DNA of 64,000 nucleotides from assembly GCA_002633005.1 (NCBI GenBank), contig NMRA01000267.1, positions 62,001 through 126,000 of the forward strand, read 5' to 3'. Origin of the DNA: Phoronis australis (lineage: Eukaryota; Animalia; Phoronida). The translations under genes were made by a program, and so were the position numbers. Positions 49,601 to 61,845 of the stretch are shown one piece after another (the first letter of the stretch is position 1; every line of letters starts with the position of its first letter). The notes under the pieces are model-generated. The model worked only from the letters and a program-made list of their open reading frames with translations, had not been told where the DNA came from and did not search any database.

Positions 49601-52600
49601 TCACGGGTTTCTGTTCAATTATATCAAATTTGTTTTCGGCGTCAAAACCTGAAGAAGCTGAACAAAAGTGGACGGGTTCATTGCCGCTAGATTTTTCTAA
49701 TGCTTGTTGACTCCGTTGGTTTCAGATGAAATTGTACATACATTAGGTGAGGGAACATTTGGAAAAGTTGTCGAAGCCAAGGATCTACAAAAGTAAGTCT
49801 GCTTTTTTACTCATCTAGTATCTTTCGACGCCATTAAGAAGCCCGCAAATATTGATATGTTTTTAGACCTTTGTACCAAAATTTGTGGTTAGAAATGTCT
49901 TGGTGTATGTTGGACTGAACTACAGGTCCTCCTGCTTGTAAACTGGTTTTGTAGCAAACTGCCTGTGTTTGCTGTAGATTTAGCCACTATGAAGACTGAA
50001 AGCTGTTCAAAGAAAAGTCATCAATTTTACTCATTTGTCATTGATAAGTTTCTCGGTAGTTCTGTTTAATCAGATAAATCTGCTCAAGTTAGTTGTTCTT
50101 GATGCTGTTTTTTTAGCGTTTACAGCGCCATGCACAACTAGCATTCTTTTTCTTTGTTCAGTATTGCTGATCAATCCAATGGTCTTAGTGCTCCATATTT
50201 TTCCCATTTTTTACCTATTGTAGCTTCGAAGAAATTGAATTTGTAGTGCCCATGTCTAGTCTACACCGAGTTATTTTGAAGTTACAGTATATCATAACCC
50301 ACATTTGAATGCTGTCAGTAACTGTAGATGGCACATTGACTGCAGTTCTGGAACAGTCACTGTTGTTTTTATACTAGTTGAAGGTGTTGGCTCGACCTGC
50401 TATGTGTTTGCTCTGTTACCATGAGCTCAATGTGTGGTCCAAGTGTCTGAAGTCTCCCCTCTTTAAATAATGTGTTGCACTCTAGTCATTATCTCCCATC
50501 TGAAAGTTTCCTCTTGTAATGAAACTGCGAATTGGTCTATTCTTCTTATCCCTCGTTTTCTACCCAAGTTATCTTTTGACATAGCAAGGTGTAGTAACCC
50601 ACTCACTGTCTGCCTTTGCACAAGTTATATTGGAGAGATACTAGCTGGATTTTTTCTCTCTACCATTGAGTACTCGTGCCCTTTGTCTGTGAGCTGTTGG
50701 ACAACGATTGATTTTTAAAGATTAATCAGACACACAGGGACTAACATTATCGATGGTGTCTGTTTTATGAAATATGAGTAAAGACTTGGACAGAAATTTG
50801 GTCTTGCACTTCCACTTTGCAATTTTTGGATAAAAGTTTATAAAATCCAAGTAACAATGACCACATTACAGTCTAGAAAGTATTTACAGAAATTTTGTTT
50901 TTCATAAATTGCTGTGGGGAGCGTAAGACCAAATTTCTGACTGTAGTCAAGTCAGATCCCAGAGGTTTAGTTCAGCGTCTTCTGTGCTTGTGCGGTCATT
51001 TTAATGAACCCAAACTTGTTTCAATCTCAATGTGGATTATTAAGTACATCTATCCACACTGTCATGTTAATTGCCAAATGATACATCCTCTTGACTATTA
51101 CTGTATTTCAGACTAACATCTGTTATATTAAACTCTGTTAATCACTGTAGAATTGCACACGAGAGTCCTTTGATTAATGAGAAAGCCTAACTAAACCTAG
51201 TCCACCTACTAGTAATGTTGCAAGAGTCACTATCAGAGGTTGGTACAGATACCACCAATGTGCAGTTGTTGCCAGCTGCTGTGTACATGCACTATTTATA
51301 TGCATAGTGTTGCAACATGTTACTGTACAAGCACCACGCACGTCGCGAACTGCAAAAAAGCTGCAACAAAACGTTCCGTGCTCCGAACTTTGCTTGCATA
51401 TTAAGAGTTGGGCCAAACACTGAACGTGACGGTTCTTTCCATCCCTTGCATGAAGTTGGTGCTACATTATTTCAGTTGGTCATTCAATATGAATGGTCAA
51501 CGTCCCTGGTGTGGTTGTTCTGAGAGCTCAATTCGTCTGAGACTTGCTTCGGCTATTTTTGGCCCAGGTTGTTAATCATCCTCTCTAAGAAGATGTAAGA
51601 AACTGAGTATTGGCTGTGTTGGACGTCTTTATGAGGAATCCTTGTGGTGTAGTCCATGAACTGCTCCTGGTTTTTGTTGTAGTATAAGCATGGATCATTG
51701 TTATGACGGAGGTTTCGATTGCATTAAATCCCTGAGTTGCACCATCTTTGAAAACCATCACCTTGGGTCATGTGTTTGGGTGGAACCATTTTTTGTTTTT
51801 AAAGCAGTGGGTGCGCATCCCTAGTTGCGTATATATGATTGTGGGACACGTGAAGTTCTATTTATGGCAATAGTCAGATGAAACATTCCCACATTTTGAG
51901 AGTCAGGTTGATGCCTGTTAATTGAGATTCTCAAGATGCAGGCACATTGTATCTGACTATTACAACATATAACTTACATGGAGATATTCACTGCCCCTGA
52001 GTTGAGTCACTCAGCTTTGAAGTTAGCGACCTCAGCTTGACCTAATTAGTACTTGTTTGACTTGGAGATGTCAAAGGTCGTGATGCTTATGACCTTGAAC
52101 CAAATAAGTACCACTGATAATTGATTATAGAACTTTCATATTGATACAGTTGGTGTTTTGCTGGTTGAAAATGTCATCACATGATTTTAGTGTGGTTGGG
52201 TTTATGTAGCTTTGTAGATATTAGATTCCTTTTATAAACCAACAAAGGAAGGTTACGTGATAAAGATGTATATGGGCCAACTATCCAGCTTGTAGTTCTG
52301 CGGAATATTTTTGCCGGGGACTTTTTGTTTTGTCTGACCTTTGCAGATCACCTACCATATGGTACAAATGTATTCAACGCAAGATACATGGTGACACATA
52401 GAGCAATCAATACAATTTATAAAACAATGTCCACCTAACTGAGCAAACATGTCCACATGCCATCCTGTCAAGTGGATGTGTTAGAGTGTTTCTTGCAATG
52501 AAAGAAACTTCAAGTCAAGTAGCTTTAATAAATGCTCAGGGGCCCAGTTCATGAAAAGTGACATAAATATAGGTGAGACCGGAAATCTTTTAAGACTCAA

Positions 52601-55600
52601 ATTTGGACGAAGATAAGACAGAGGACAAAAATTCAGAAAGGACTGTTTCATGGTCCCAAAACCGGTTTTCTGTTTTTGAACGGAATTTAGACTGAAATTA
52701 AGTTGTTTTTATTATAGAAGAGCCTACTAATTACGCTTTTGCCATCTGTTGCGATGTGTGAAATCCAGTTTCAAGAATAATACAGTGATCTTGATACTCT
52801 AATGGAGATTTATTTATGACATTGGAGTCGTGAGTATTATTAGAATGGCTGAAAATATCACATCAGATGTGAATGTAAGCCGCACTGTGCTTTGCTAGTT
52901 CTGAAGTCAAAAGGAGACCATCTTCAATTTGACTTTGTTTGGACCAATTAGATTGTAAAACATTGAGAAAATAGCAACGATATTTCTTCCGCAACTGTTT
53001 ACAGTGGTGACATTTGTCAAATTTGGTCAAGAATCCAATTTTTAAGCCTGTTGCATTGCAGGATAACTTTCAGCCTTAGTGTAGACTGATTTTGGTCTTT
53101 AGAAATTTCATGAAACGGGCTAAGACAGATTGGTTTCAAGTTGGCCTTATTTCAGTCTAAGTTAAGACCAAAAAAAATTCAGGAAACGGGTCCCTGATGT
53201 TGAAAACACCGACTTTCTTTACAGGCATATTTGTTTTTTCAAAGCAATGTTTTGTTGTGATTGAATTTGGTAACAGTAAATCGCCTGGGATTCCCTCAAA
53301 TTGCAAAACCAACTGGCTGGAATAAGCAACTGAAGTCTGGTCTGAAACAGTAGCGACCTATGTGTTGTTCTCAAGCTTCGAAGTCATTTCTAATCTGATT
53401 GAAGAACAAGATGGGACTAAGTTTAGAACGGTGAATGCCTCAAGTCAAAAAGTTATTTTTGACAGAAGGCGCGGGGTTTACTGCCCGTTTAATATGTCTA
53501 ATCTTTTTGACATCCCTGCCAAGAAGCTCAAAATGTTTTGCAGAAGCATCAAGCATGCAGTCCATGAAAATGATGAAGTTTTAAAGCTGAACTGTTTCTC
53601 AATGAGTTGATTTCTCTGGATTAACTTGTAGCCTCAACCTAACATTCATGTTTAAAGTCATACACAGTTGAATTAACTTTCCACTACAGGCTACAGCTAA
53701 GTTCAAACATTAGTTAATAACCTGTCAGTGTTGTCCATTTACACAAATTGGACATCTGACGAGATCCGGAGGATTCAGAAATCTAGAGATTTACTGGATG
53801 TTTTGTTCGTTTCATGGCAGTGAGTCACAGCAGGACTAACAGCTAATCATCATCTCAGTGCATCAGTCTTGTGAGACATTCTTGTGGATTCAGTGCTCTC
53901 ATTAACATATTGGTTGCTTTCTCTGCTGGAAGTAGTAGAGGAGAAATTAAATTACACATTTGGCTCTGTGTGTCTGTGTGACTCAGAGACCAACACTAAG
54001 AGATCTCTTGTTAGTCTAGTCATTTGAATTGAGTCAAGGCTACTGGAAACAGCATGTTAAAGGTGATTTCACCACTGTTTAGCTGTCAGTGTTGATTTGT
54101 TAACAGAAGATTTTTGTAGTTGAAAACATTTTCCACGCTTATCTCGAATTATTGCCGAACTAGCCAGCTACTCAGTTCACAGGCGCCATGTTCAAATTTG
54201 CAATTTTATGGTTGGCCAAGCTCAATAAATTCTGAAGCGGTTTCTTGAGTCCTGATGGTTTTGGTGTTCTCTTTGGCAACGGAATTCAACTCTTATCAAG
54301 GTAGATATTGCAGCCCCAATTTTATGAGTTAAGTGGATTAATTCATTTTTTTTTTTGGTAGCTAACTTTTTAAGGAACATTTAGTTGCAGTTCTGCAAGA
54401 ATTGGTCAGCAGCCACTCCAAGAAATACCACAGTGACATTCTACAGTATTTTCCCAAGATGCTAAGCTCATGTAAGGCAGTTGGGTCACAGTTGTACATT
54501 GCTGCTGTGCTAATGACTTATTCACATTAAAACTTAATTGACATTTGCCATTCTGATACCAATAAAGATTTGCTGGTGTACAATAAGTTGCAATGCAGAA
54601 ATCCAAATAATGTTAAGAGCTGAATGATGCCTGGGTGAATGTTCTCCACTTGTCTGACTTGACTCCCAAGTTTGTTAGTAACCCTACGTTTCGAAAGCTA
54701 GGACAATGAGACGTTGCGTTTTTCTTACCCACAACAGGTGAAAGTTGAATTCAGGATGAGGTCATTCTTAAGACATGTACACACTACAAAAGTTGACATG
54801 GATCAGTGGACACAGAACAAATTGACACCAAGGTGACAACCAGTATCACCCGTTTGTGAAGTAGAGCAAGTTGCGCCTGATCATTTTGCTCTGTGTCAAC
54901 TATACGTCTAAATGTGGAACTGGGGTAAGGGGGGATGGATCATCTCTGTTGCGCTTGTGCAAAAATGCACGTATACACAGAAGATCATTTTTGTGTATTT
55001 TCTGCGATTTTATCCTGACCACCATTTATTTTGTCTGGAAATTGTCAGAATAAAGATTGGGTTCAATTCAAATGCTTGGTTATGCAGAGTAAGCCAACCA
55101 GATGCGTTAACCAGATGATAGAAAAATCCATTGAACCAAAACTCTATGTCATGAATTATGTGCACTGGGGGTGAATTAGATGCACCATAACAACTACAGC
55201 AATAATAATACTAATGAACTGTGACTCCTGCAATTGGCAACTTTGCACATGAGCACTCTACATTACTACCTACAATGTCACCATTTCGGTGTTGTGTGTG
55301 TATACTGCCGCTGAACACAGATCACTTTGCACAGTGTCAGTTGCGCCGTGTCAAAAGTTAATGTCTAAAGGAGACTTAAATTCAGACGTAGACTTCTCAC
55401 CCCTCTCATATGTCCATCAGTTGCCTTATACATGTTTTAGAACCAGCAGGCCTTGACAGAATCACTTAAACCAGGGAAATGCCTACTGCATAGAAAGACC
55501 CCTGTGTTATTTTTCCATGTTTGGATAAGAATACTATAACACTTGTGTATGAGTAGAACAGGTGTATGTAGCTGACATACAGCTCAGTGTCACTGAGCAG

Positions 55601-58600
55601 TCCATGTATTTCCCATGAGATGACACACTGCTCAGTGTCACTGAGCAGTCCATGTATTTCCCATGAGATGTTTCCTGTGGTCAAGTATTAAATCAGTGGA
55701 GGGTTACGGATGGACTTAAGTTACTTGTTAAAATTCAGCACCAAAGTAGTGTTTTCAAGGCTTTCTTTCAGTTTTGTAAGATCGTAGTGTGAACTTTGTG
55801 TTTTGAGATCAGGCTCATGTAGCACATTGTGACCTGTAATGTGTATACTTCCAAAGCAGCAACGACAACAATGTCACAGTTGCCAGCTATCCCGCTTTTG
55901 ACAGGACTGCCCTGCTTCTTGATGGGTTTTGTCTTGCCTTACCATTAGAACACCACCAGGATGTGTTATCACATGGCTCTCCATTGAAGTACTTCCCTCA
56001 CCTTTTCTACACTACTTTACCTATTCCTCCCTTTCTAGCACTGTCTCGACTAAATTAGAAAAAGAAGGAACAAAGGACACTGGCACACACCCGGATACAC
56101 CAGTGCAGATGTCCTTCGTTTTCAGTTGGCATTGTTGGCAATAGTAGCCTACCACTGTCAGTATACCATTGCTGCACACTTACTGTTCTTGGTGGCAATT
56201 TACACTGCCACAGACAGCACTGTTAGACAAGCTCTCAGTTTGACCCAGATGTTGGAGAGATGGCTGTTCACAATGTGTAATCACACACACAGAGGTCAGT
56301 TTGAAAGCTTGGCAACAATTTAAACCATGTGTGCCCAGACCTCCACCATCTCTGAGGGCATCAGGCTGGTGCCAGAGATGGGTTGGTACTTCACTGCCAT
56401 TAACTCCCTGCTGAGCCATACTGTGTAAGAGATAGACTCATGCAGTTTTACATGTATTGATTCTTCAGGTTTGAATTTTGCTAAAACTGTCCCTTAATTT
56501 CTGGTTCTGGGTGGCAAATTATCTTGTCAGTTTTGTAATTTCGTTTCTACTTTATGAAAATACAGTTCACTGAGACCAGGTCTTAGGGAGTATTGTGGTG
56601 TTGAGGGGTTGAAAGTTGGCTATTTTATCATTTTCAATTTGGCTGGAATGCCGAATCATAATATCATGTTTTGTTGTCATGCAAAACAACTGCAAATATG
56701 TGTCTTGTTTTTGAAGACATTTTTTTAATTCAGAGAGTTGGAGAATTCTGTGAGCAAACCTTCTTCCTATCAAACTATTTACACATGGCTAATGACCAAG
56801 GTCAGCTCATGCCTATGCGCAATGTCTGATTTATTACTTTAATGACTGGACTTTCACATAAGTCAATATTAGTAGTACATTGATTGCCATTGGAAGATTT
56901 TATCAATTCACAGTTGTACACTCAACTGGGAATTTCCATGTTTCCAACAATTCACTTGTAGGAAATATCTATTTTATTATGATAAAACTTGCTAGTGCAA
57001 ACTGATAGGTTCAGGATCCTTAGAACAATCTTATTTTACAAAAAAAAAAATAAAATAAATTGTTACATTATTAAAGCTTTGTATTATATGTTTTTTTGAA
57101 AAAATGATGTGGCATGATGCCATTCATTGTTAAAGTTGCCAACAGCGGCCTGTTTTTACAGACTCTGGTCTCATCTGTGGTCTTCACAAATATTCCTGAG
57201 TTTCTAGTGTGGAATTCCTGATTACTATTGATTCTTTATCATTAGAAAAAAAATTGCAGTGAAGTGAATAGGAGACTGGAAGGACACCTGGGGGCTGTTT
57301 ATTGAAGAATCTTTTTGTCTAAAAATCAGTGTACAGATAGCTTAGCCTGTTTCACAAAGTCAGTCTAAAACTAAAAGTCGACCAAAAGACAGAATTCTGT
57401 AGCCTGCTTTGAAGCAGACTAAAACCCAATGTCAAAAGACAAAAAAGATCAACTGTTGGGTCTTTGAGAGTGAGTCCCCAGATGTGATAATAACTTACTA
57501 GTGTCTATCACAACTCTGCTGGATTACAGCTATTTCCCTTTTTTCAAAGCAGCAGTTATAAGAACTGAATGTCAATAAAAGCTGTATGTTGAATAGAAAA
57601 CCTTCTGCATATGACTCTTTAGTGTCACAAAAGCATCTTTCGCTTGACCCAATTCCAAATTCAAATGACATGGTCCGAACTGACAGGGACAATACGCAAT
57701 AATTTCTTTCTTTTACACACATTCTGTTGAGACATTGAACCCCACCACGCAACATTGGCAATGGGAAACTTTCCACATTGACGCTCTCTAGAGTAATGAG
57801 AGTACAAAAGTGACTTCCCGATTGATCCCCACTCGGAGTCGGTGGACAGAAATTCAATTACTGCATAGTGTTTCATTAATGTAAAAGAATAGAAATATGG
57901 TCCACTGTCAGCCCCTCCTATTGTTTGATTGGTTTATGTTCACTAATCCATTTTAGCTTTTATTACCTCGGCTGGGATCGAAATTCACCCGCTTTATCAG
58001 CCTCACGGATTCTTCTTCGCTGTATGGAACATGATATCCTTGCTCGTCCGTTGATATTTCAAAAGGTTTGCCTTTTTTAGGGCAATTCTACATCCCACCG
58101 GACAGCAGTGGAAATTTGTCAGCATTTTGATCACAGGAAAGGTGTTAAAACGCTGTTTTTACCAGTCTGTTACACCCTTCCGTCCGCATTAAATGGGATC
58201 TGTAGATGGCACTGATGGTTGCAAACACTTTATATAAAACACTGGAAATTTCCCCACTGCCTTAAAGCTGCACAAGAACGCTGTGCAATAACTATTGCCA
58301 CCAACCGACAAGGCTTATTTCATCAATTCGGCGCTGTATCAAAAAATGGCTGTTGAACATCTTTTTTGTCAAAAAGTCGGTGTAATTATCTCTGAGACAA
58401 TATTTTTCTGTTGTCCATCTTGTAGACCTTAAATGTGTCATGGTGGTCCCCGGTTTATTGCAGGCAGGCCAATGTCGCTTTGAAGATCATTAAGAATGTG
58501 GAAAAGTACAGGGAAGCAGCCAAGCTAGAGATCAACGTTCTCTTGAAAATTACAGAGCTAGACCCACAGGGTAAAAAGTAAGTCATGAGCTGTTATCTGG

Positions 58601-61600
58601 CAAGATCAAACTATGGGTTCCTGCTTGCCAACTACCCTAGCCTTGTTTGAAATACAGTGTAACCCTTCTTCCTCGTATCTGATATTATCTCCCCTGGGGC
58701 ATTTTTCTTCGTGTGTTTTGTCTGACTATGAGCAGATAAGGCAGAACATTTGATTTGTTGGATGTCAATCGCTTGGCCTGATTCGAAGGTCCCAGGCAGC
58801 ATATACCAGGGAAACTAGTGGGTTGTGAGTTTGTGTGTTAACTTGCTGTTTTACATTGGTGGCCCACACCTGGTGGCTGTCCTTGACAGTTTTGGAAACA
58901 AAAAGTTTTCTGAGAAATTTGCTATGTTCTATATTAATAGTTGTTGTGAAACATACTTGGATTATATAAGAATCTGTATGCCGTTCACAAAGATTTGCAG
59001 TTCCAAATAATGGAAATCTTCTGTAAGTACTACCGCTGAAAATTAACAACAGGCAATCATATTTTGAATGTCATTTATGCATGGACTTTGACCCCATGTC
59101 TTCTTCAAATTAACCCCATTCAACTGCCCCAGCCGATAGACGCACTCAGTAGGCTACTGAACCAAAAAGGTCACATCTCTAGATCCTTACGTAATTTGTA
59201 TTATGCTTATGAATAAAAATGGTGCCGTGTGTAGCGATTGTCGAATATAAAATTTTTCATAAATTTTGCGAGCAGACTTTACGAATTGATCCATTTCACA
59301 CATTATCGTTTCACTTTGCTTCATTGAGCACTGCAAAATCCAAAAGTAAGGTTTTGATTTGCAAAATATAAGCCAGACTGTGTTCCACTCTTTTTCTTCC
59401 TGTAGCCACCTTTCTGTAAATATACTTCTTTGCAGACAGGTTACGTGTCTATGATAGCCAGGCAGCTTCCTCACTAGACACTCCTAGCAGGTGTGTTGTG
59501 CTGGCATTGTCATGGTTGTAAAAATAGTGTATACTTATTTAGAGAATCTCAAGAGTAGTGAACTGGGCTTGATTTGTTACAAAACATTCAGCTGAACAAC
59601 CTCTATAGGAAAACTTGTCCTTGAGTTTCTGTGACTGGCTTAGACAGCGTCAGTTTTCATTATCTTGGTAAAACCCGCACATCTTTATGTACCTGTATGA
59701 CAGAAATGCCATTAACATTTGTTTGCTTTTCAGTTTATGTGTAAATATGCTAGACTGGTTCGACTACCATGGTCACATGTGTCTGACCTTTGACCTCTTG
59801 GGTTTGAGCGTGTTCGATTTTATGGTGAGTTTCAATTTTATGGCAAGTTTTAGCTAACATTGCTAGCTATAAATCTATATTGAAGACCCATTTCTATAAT
59901 TGCCTGCTGTGTTGAGTGATCAACTGTTCATCATCTCAGTGTAAACTGTGGTTCCATCTAATAAGTTGCAAGATCTTGGTAAAAGTCGCCATTGTCGTTT
60001 ACGGTCAGTAGGTTCTCTAACTTTGCCTTTCTGACTTTGTTTTGATTGCTACAGACTGATAAGTCACTTAATACTTGAGCACAATTTGCACTTAAAGAAA
60101 ATGTCAGCAACTGTCTTGAACTTAAGCCTCACACAGTAATAGTAAATATATGCTTGACTTAGTCTGCAAGACTTTTCAGTGTTCAAATTGGAGGTTGTTT
60201 TAATTTTGGCAACAATGGCACAATTGTGACGTGTGCAAAGTTTACAGTGTTCCTGCATATCTCAGGGTCACAAAACTGATGATGAAGCTCTTTGCAATAT
60301 CCACTTATCAACTTTGATATAACTAAAAAATCAGCTTGATTGAATTCTGGCTACCTTGTTTGGATTCACGAAAAAATTCTTATTGTTTGTGTACACCAAA
60401 AATGATTTTCTGAAATTATGCACAACTTTTTAATTTTCTGGTGACTGAAGGTTACTAGACAGTCACATATTTTCCTGTTCTTTGAGGACCTTGAGCTCAC
60501 AATTTTGTGGAACAAATTTGAACTGTGTTTTTGTTATCCGTGTGTTTTACTACATTCTTTGTACTCATAATTTGTTTTATCTTGACGTTTGCAAAACGCG
60601 TGTATTGGCGCACTTCAGTTTTATCTTCTGTGTGAACAACTGTTTAAGCCTGTGATATACACATACAACTGTACTATCCGTGAAAATTGCATGCTTTTTC
60701 TCTGACTGCAACACCATTCAACTTCTGTTTTTTTTTTTGAAGCAAGCCTAAAATATCTTTGGGAAATTGTTGGCATTCATCATGTGTCTGATAGACTTAG
60801 AGTTGAAATTCTGTCTGACGTGAAATGAGATAGTTGCGTTCACTTCTGTAGATTCTTGTAAGGCATTGGAGATATTTATTGGGAAGTGTAGCTGGCTTCT
60901 TGAACATTAAATGTAACTAAATGGATGTGAATATTGACCTTTGAAAGGTTAAGTTTGTGAAAATTGTAATCTTTGAAGACCTGGAATTTGTTATAATGGC
61001 TTCCTAAATACTAAATGATGGCAAACCAATTTATTGATCAAGGTTAAATTTGGAATGTTTGGAGACCACAAATCTCTGTGTATCTTGTCAACAGTTCTCC
61101 ATATTTTTTCGTTATCAGAAACATATCTTTTATACATATTGACCTTCAGTTAGATGGTTTTGTGGCATGAATATTTCACAAAAAATCCATGCATTTGTTG
61201 TGGGAGGAGTGAATTCTTTTTCTTTTTGTACTATTTGTTCGGGTTAGTTCCTTAGTAAGACAACTTTGGGTTCTGTAATTGAATGGCTTCATTCACATTT
61301 CAGAAAGAAAACAACTACCTTCCGTATCCCATAGATCAAGTTCGTCACATCTCTTATCAGGTCATACAGTCCTGTGCTTGTAAGTACCCTTCTCGTCATT
61401 GGTTTACTATAGGAAGTTTTACAGTCGTGCTTGTTAACATAACTAATGATACGCTAAGTTATGTAATAACGCATATTGAATCAAAAAACTCATTTTTATG
61501 TTGCTTAGTCATATTAATGCTTTGAAATTTCGTCATAGCAATTACTGCTTTTTGGTTTGGTAATCTGTTAGCAAATATATCAACATTGGTTCCAGGGTAT

Positions 61601-61845
61601 GACCTGGGTCATCTTCTTTCAAAGTAGGTCAAGAGTTCAACATGGGTTATCTCTTGGTTTGATTCCTTCCAGAATTCCCAATAAAATATCCAGCTGTGTT
61701 GAGGTGTGTGTACACCATCCAGTATATTAATCTGTGTCTTGTTTTTTTAGTTCTTCACGAGAACCAGTTGACCCACACAGATCTGAAACCTGAGAATATA
61801 CTTTTTGTGAGCTCGGACTATGACATCTCTTATAACAGCTCAAAA
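40513..61845 (+). CDS. CLK: CDC-like kinase (CLK/LAMMER, Doa ortholog), 3' incomplete
   Basis: join(40513-40637,44221-44428,48843-48936,49726-49792,58464-58577,59734-59824,61304-61379,61751-61845...), phases consistent; RS-rich N-terminus, [64 protein letters not shown]. Confidence 0.96.
44221..44428 (+). CDS. CLK: CLK exon 3 (RS-rich)
   Basis: [22 protein letters not shown]...[17 protein letters not shown]; CGG|GTGAGT donor. Confidence 0.92.
48843..48936 (+). CDS. CLK: CLK exon 4 (94 nt, weak splice sites)
   Basis: [31 protein letters not shown]; AGAT|GTACTC donor. Confidence 0.9.
49726..49792 (+). CDS. CLK: CLK exon 5
   Basis: (Y)[21 protein letters not shown]; GT-AG. Confidence 0.96.
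52536..53197. mobile_element. Non-autonomous DNA transposon with imperfect TIRs (Harbinger-like)
   Basis: tcaggggcccagttcatgaa at the left, ttcaggaaacgggtccctga at the right; no perfect TSD. Confidence 0.5.
55573..55670. repeat. 48-bp tandem duplication, each unit containing the hairpin GCTCAGTG-T-CACTGAGC
   Basis: Units start at 55573 and 55621. Confidence 0.85.
58464..58577 (+). CDS. CLK: CLK exon 6
   Basis: [37 protein letters not shown]; GT-AG. Confidence 0.96.
59734..59824 (+). CDS. CLK: CLK exon 7
   Basis: [30 protein letters not shown]; GT-AG. Confidence 0.96.
61304..61379 (+). CDS. CLK: CLK exon 8
   Basis: [25 protein letters not shown]; GT-AG. Confidence 0.96.
61751..61845 (+). 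CDS. CLK: CLK exon 9
   Basis: (F)[31 protein letters not shown]; GT-AG. Confidence 0.96.

Noticed and set aside
53750-53800. CTGACGA-stem-CA-GAAA resembling a hammerhead core
   Set aside because: Extra CA before GAAA and no properly placed stem I.
58461-58467. Tandem acceptor cag|gcag| at CLK exon 6
   Set aside because: The distal AG would shift the frame; nothing suggests regulated use.
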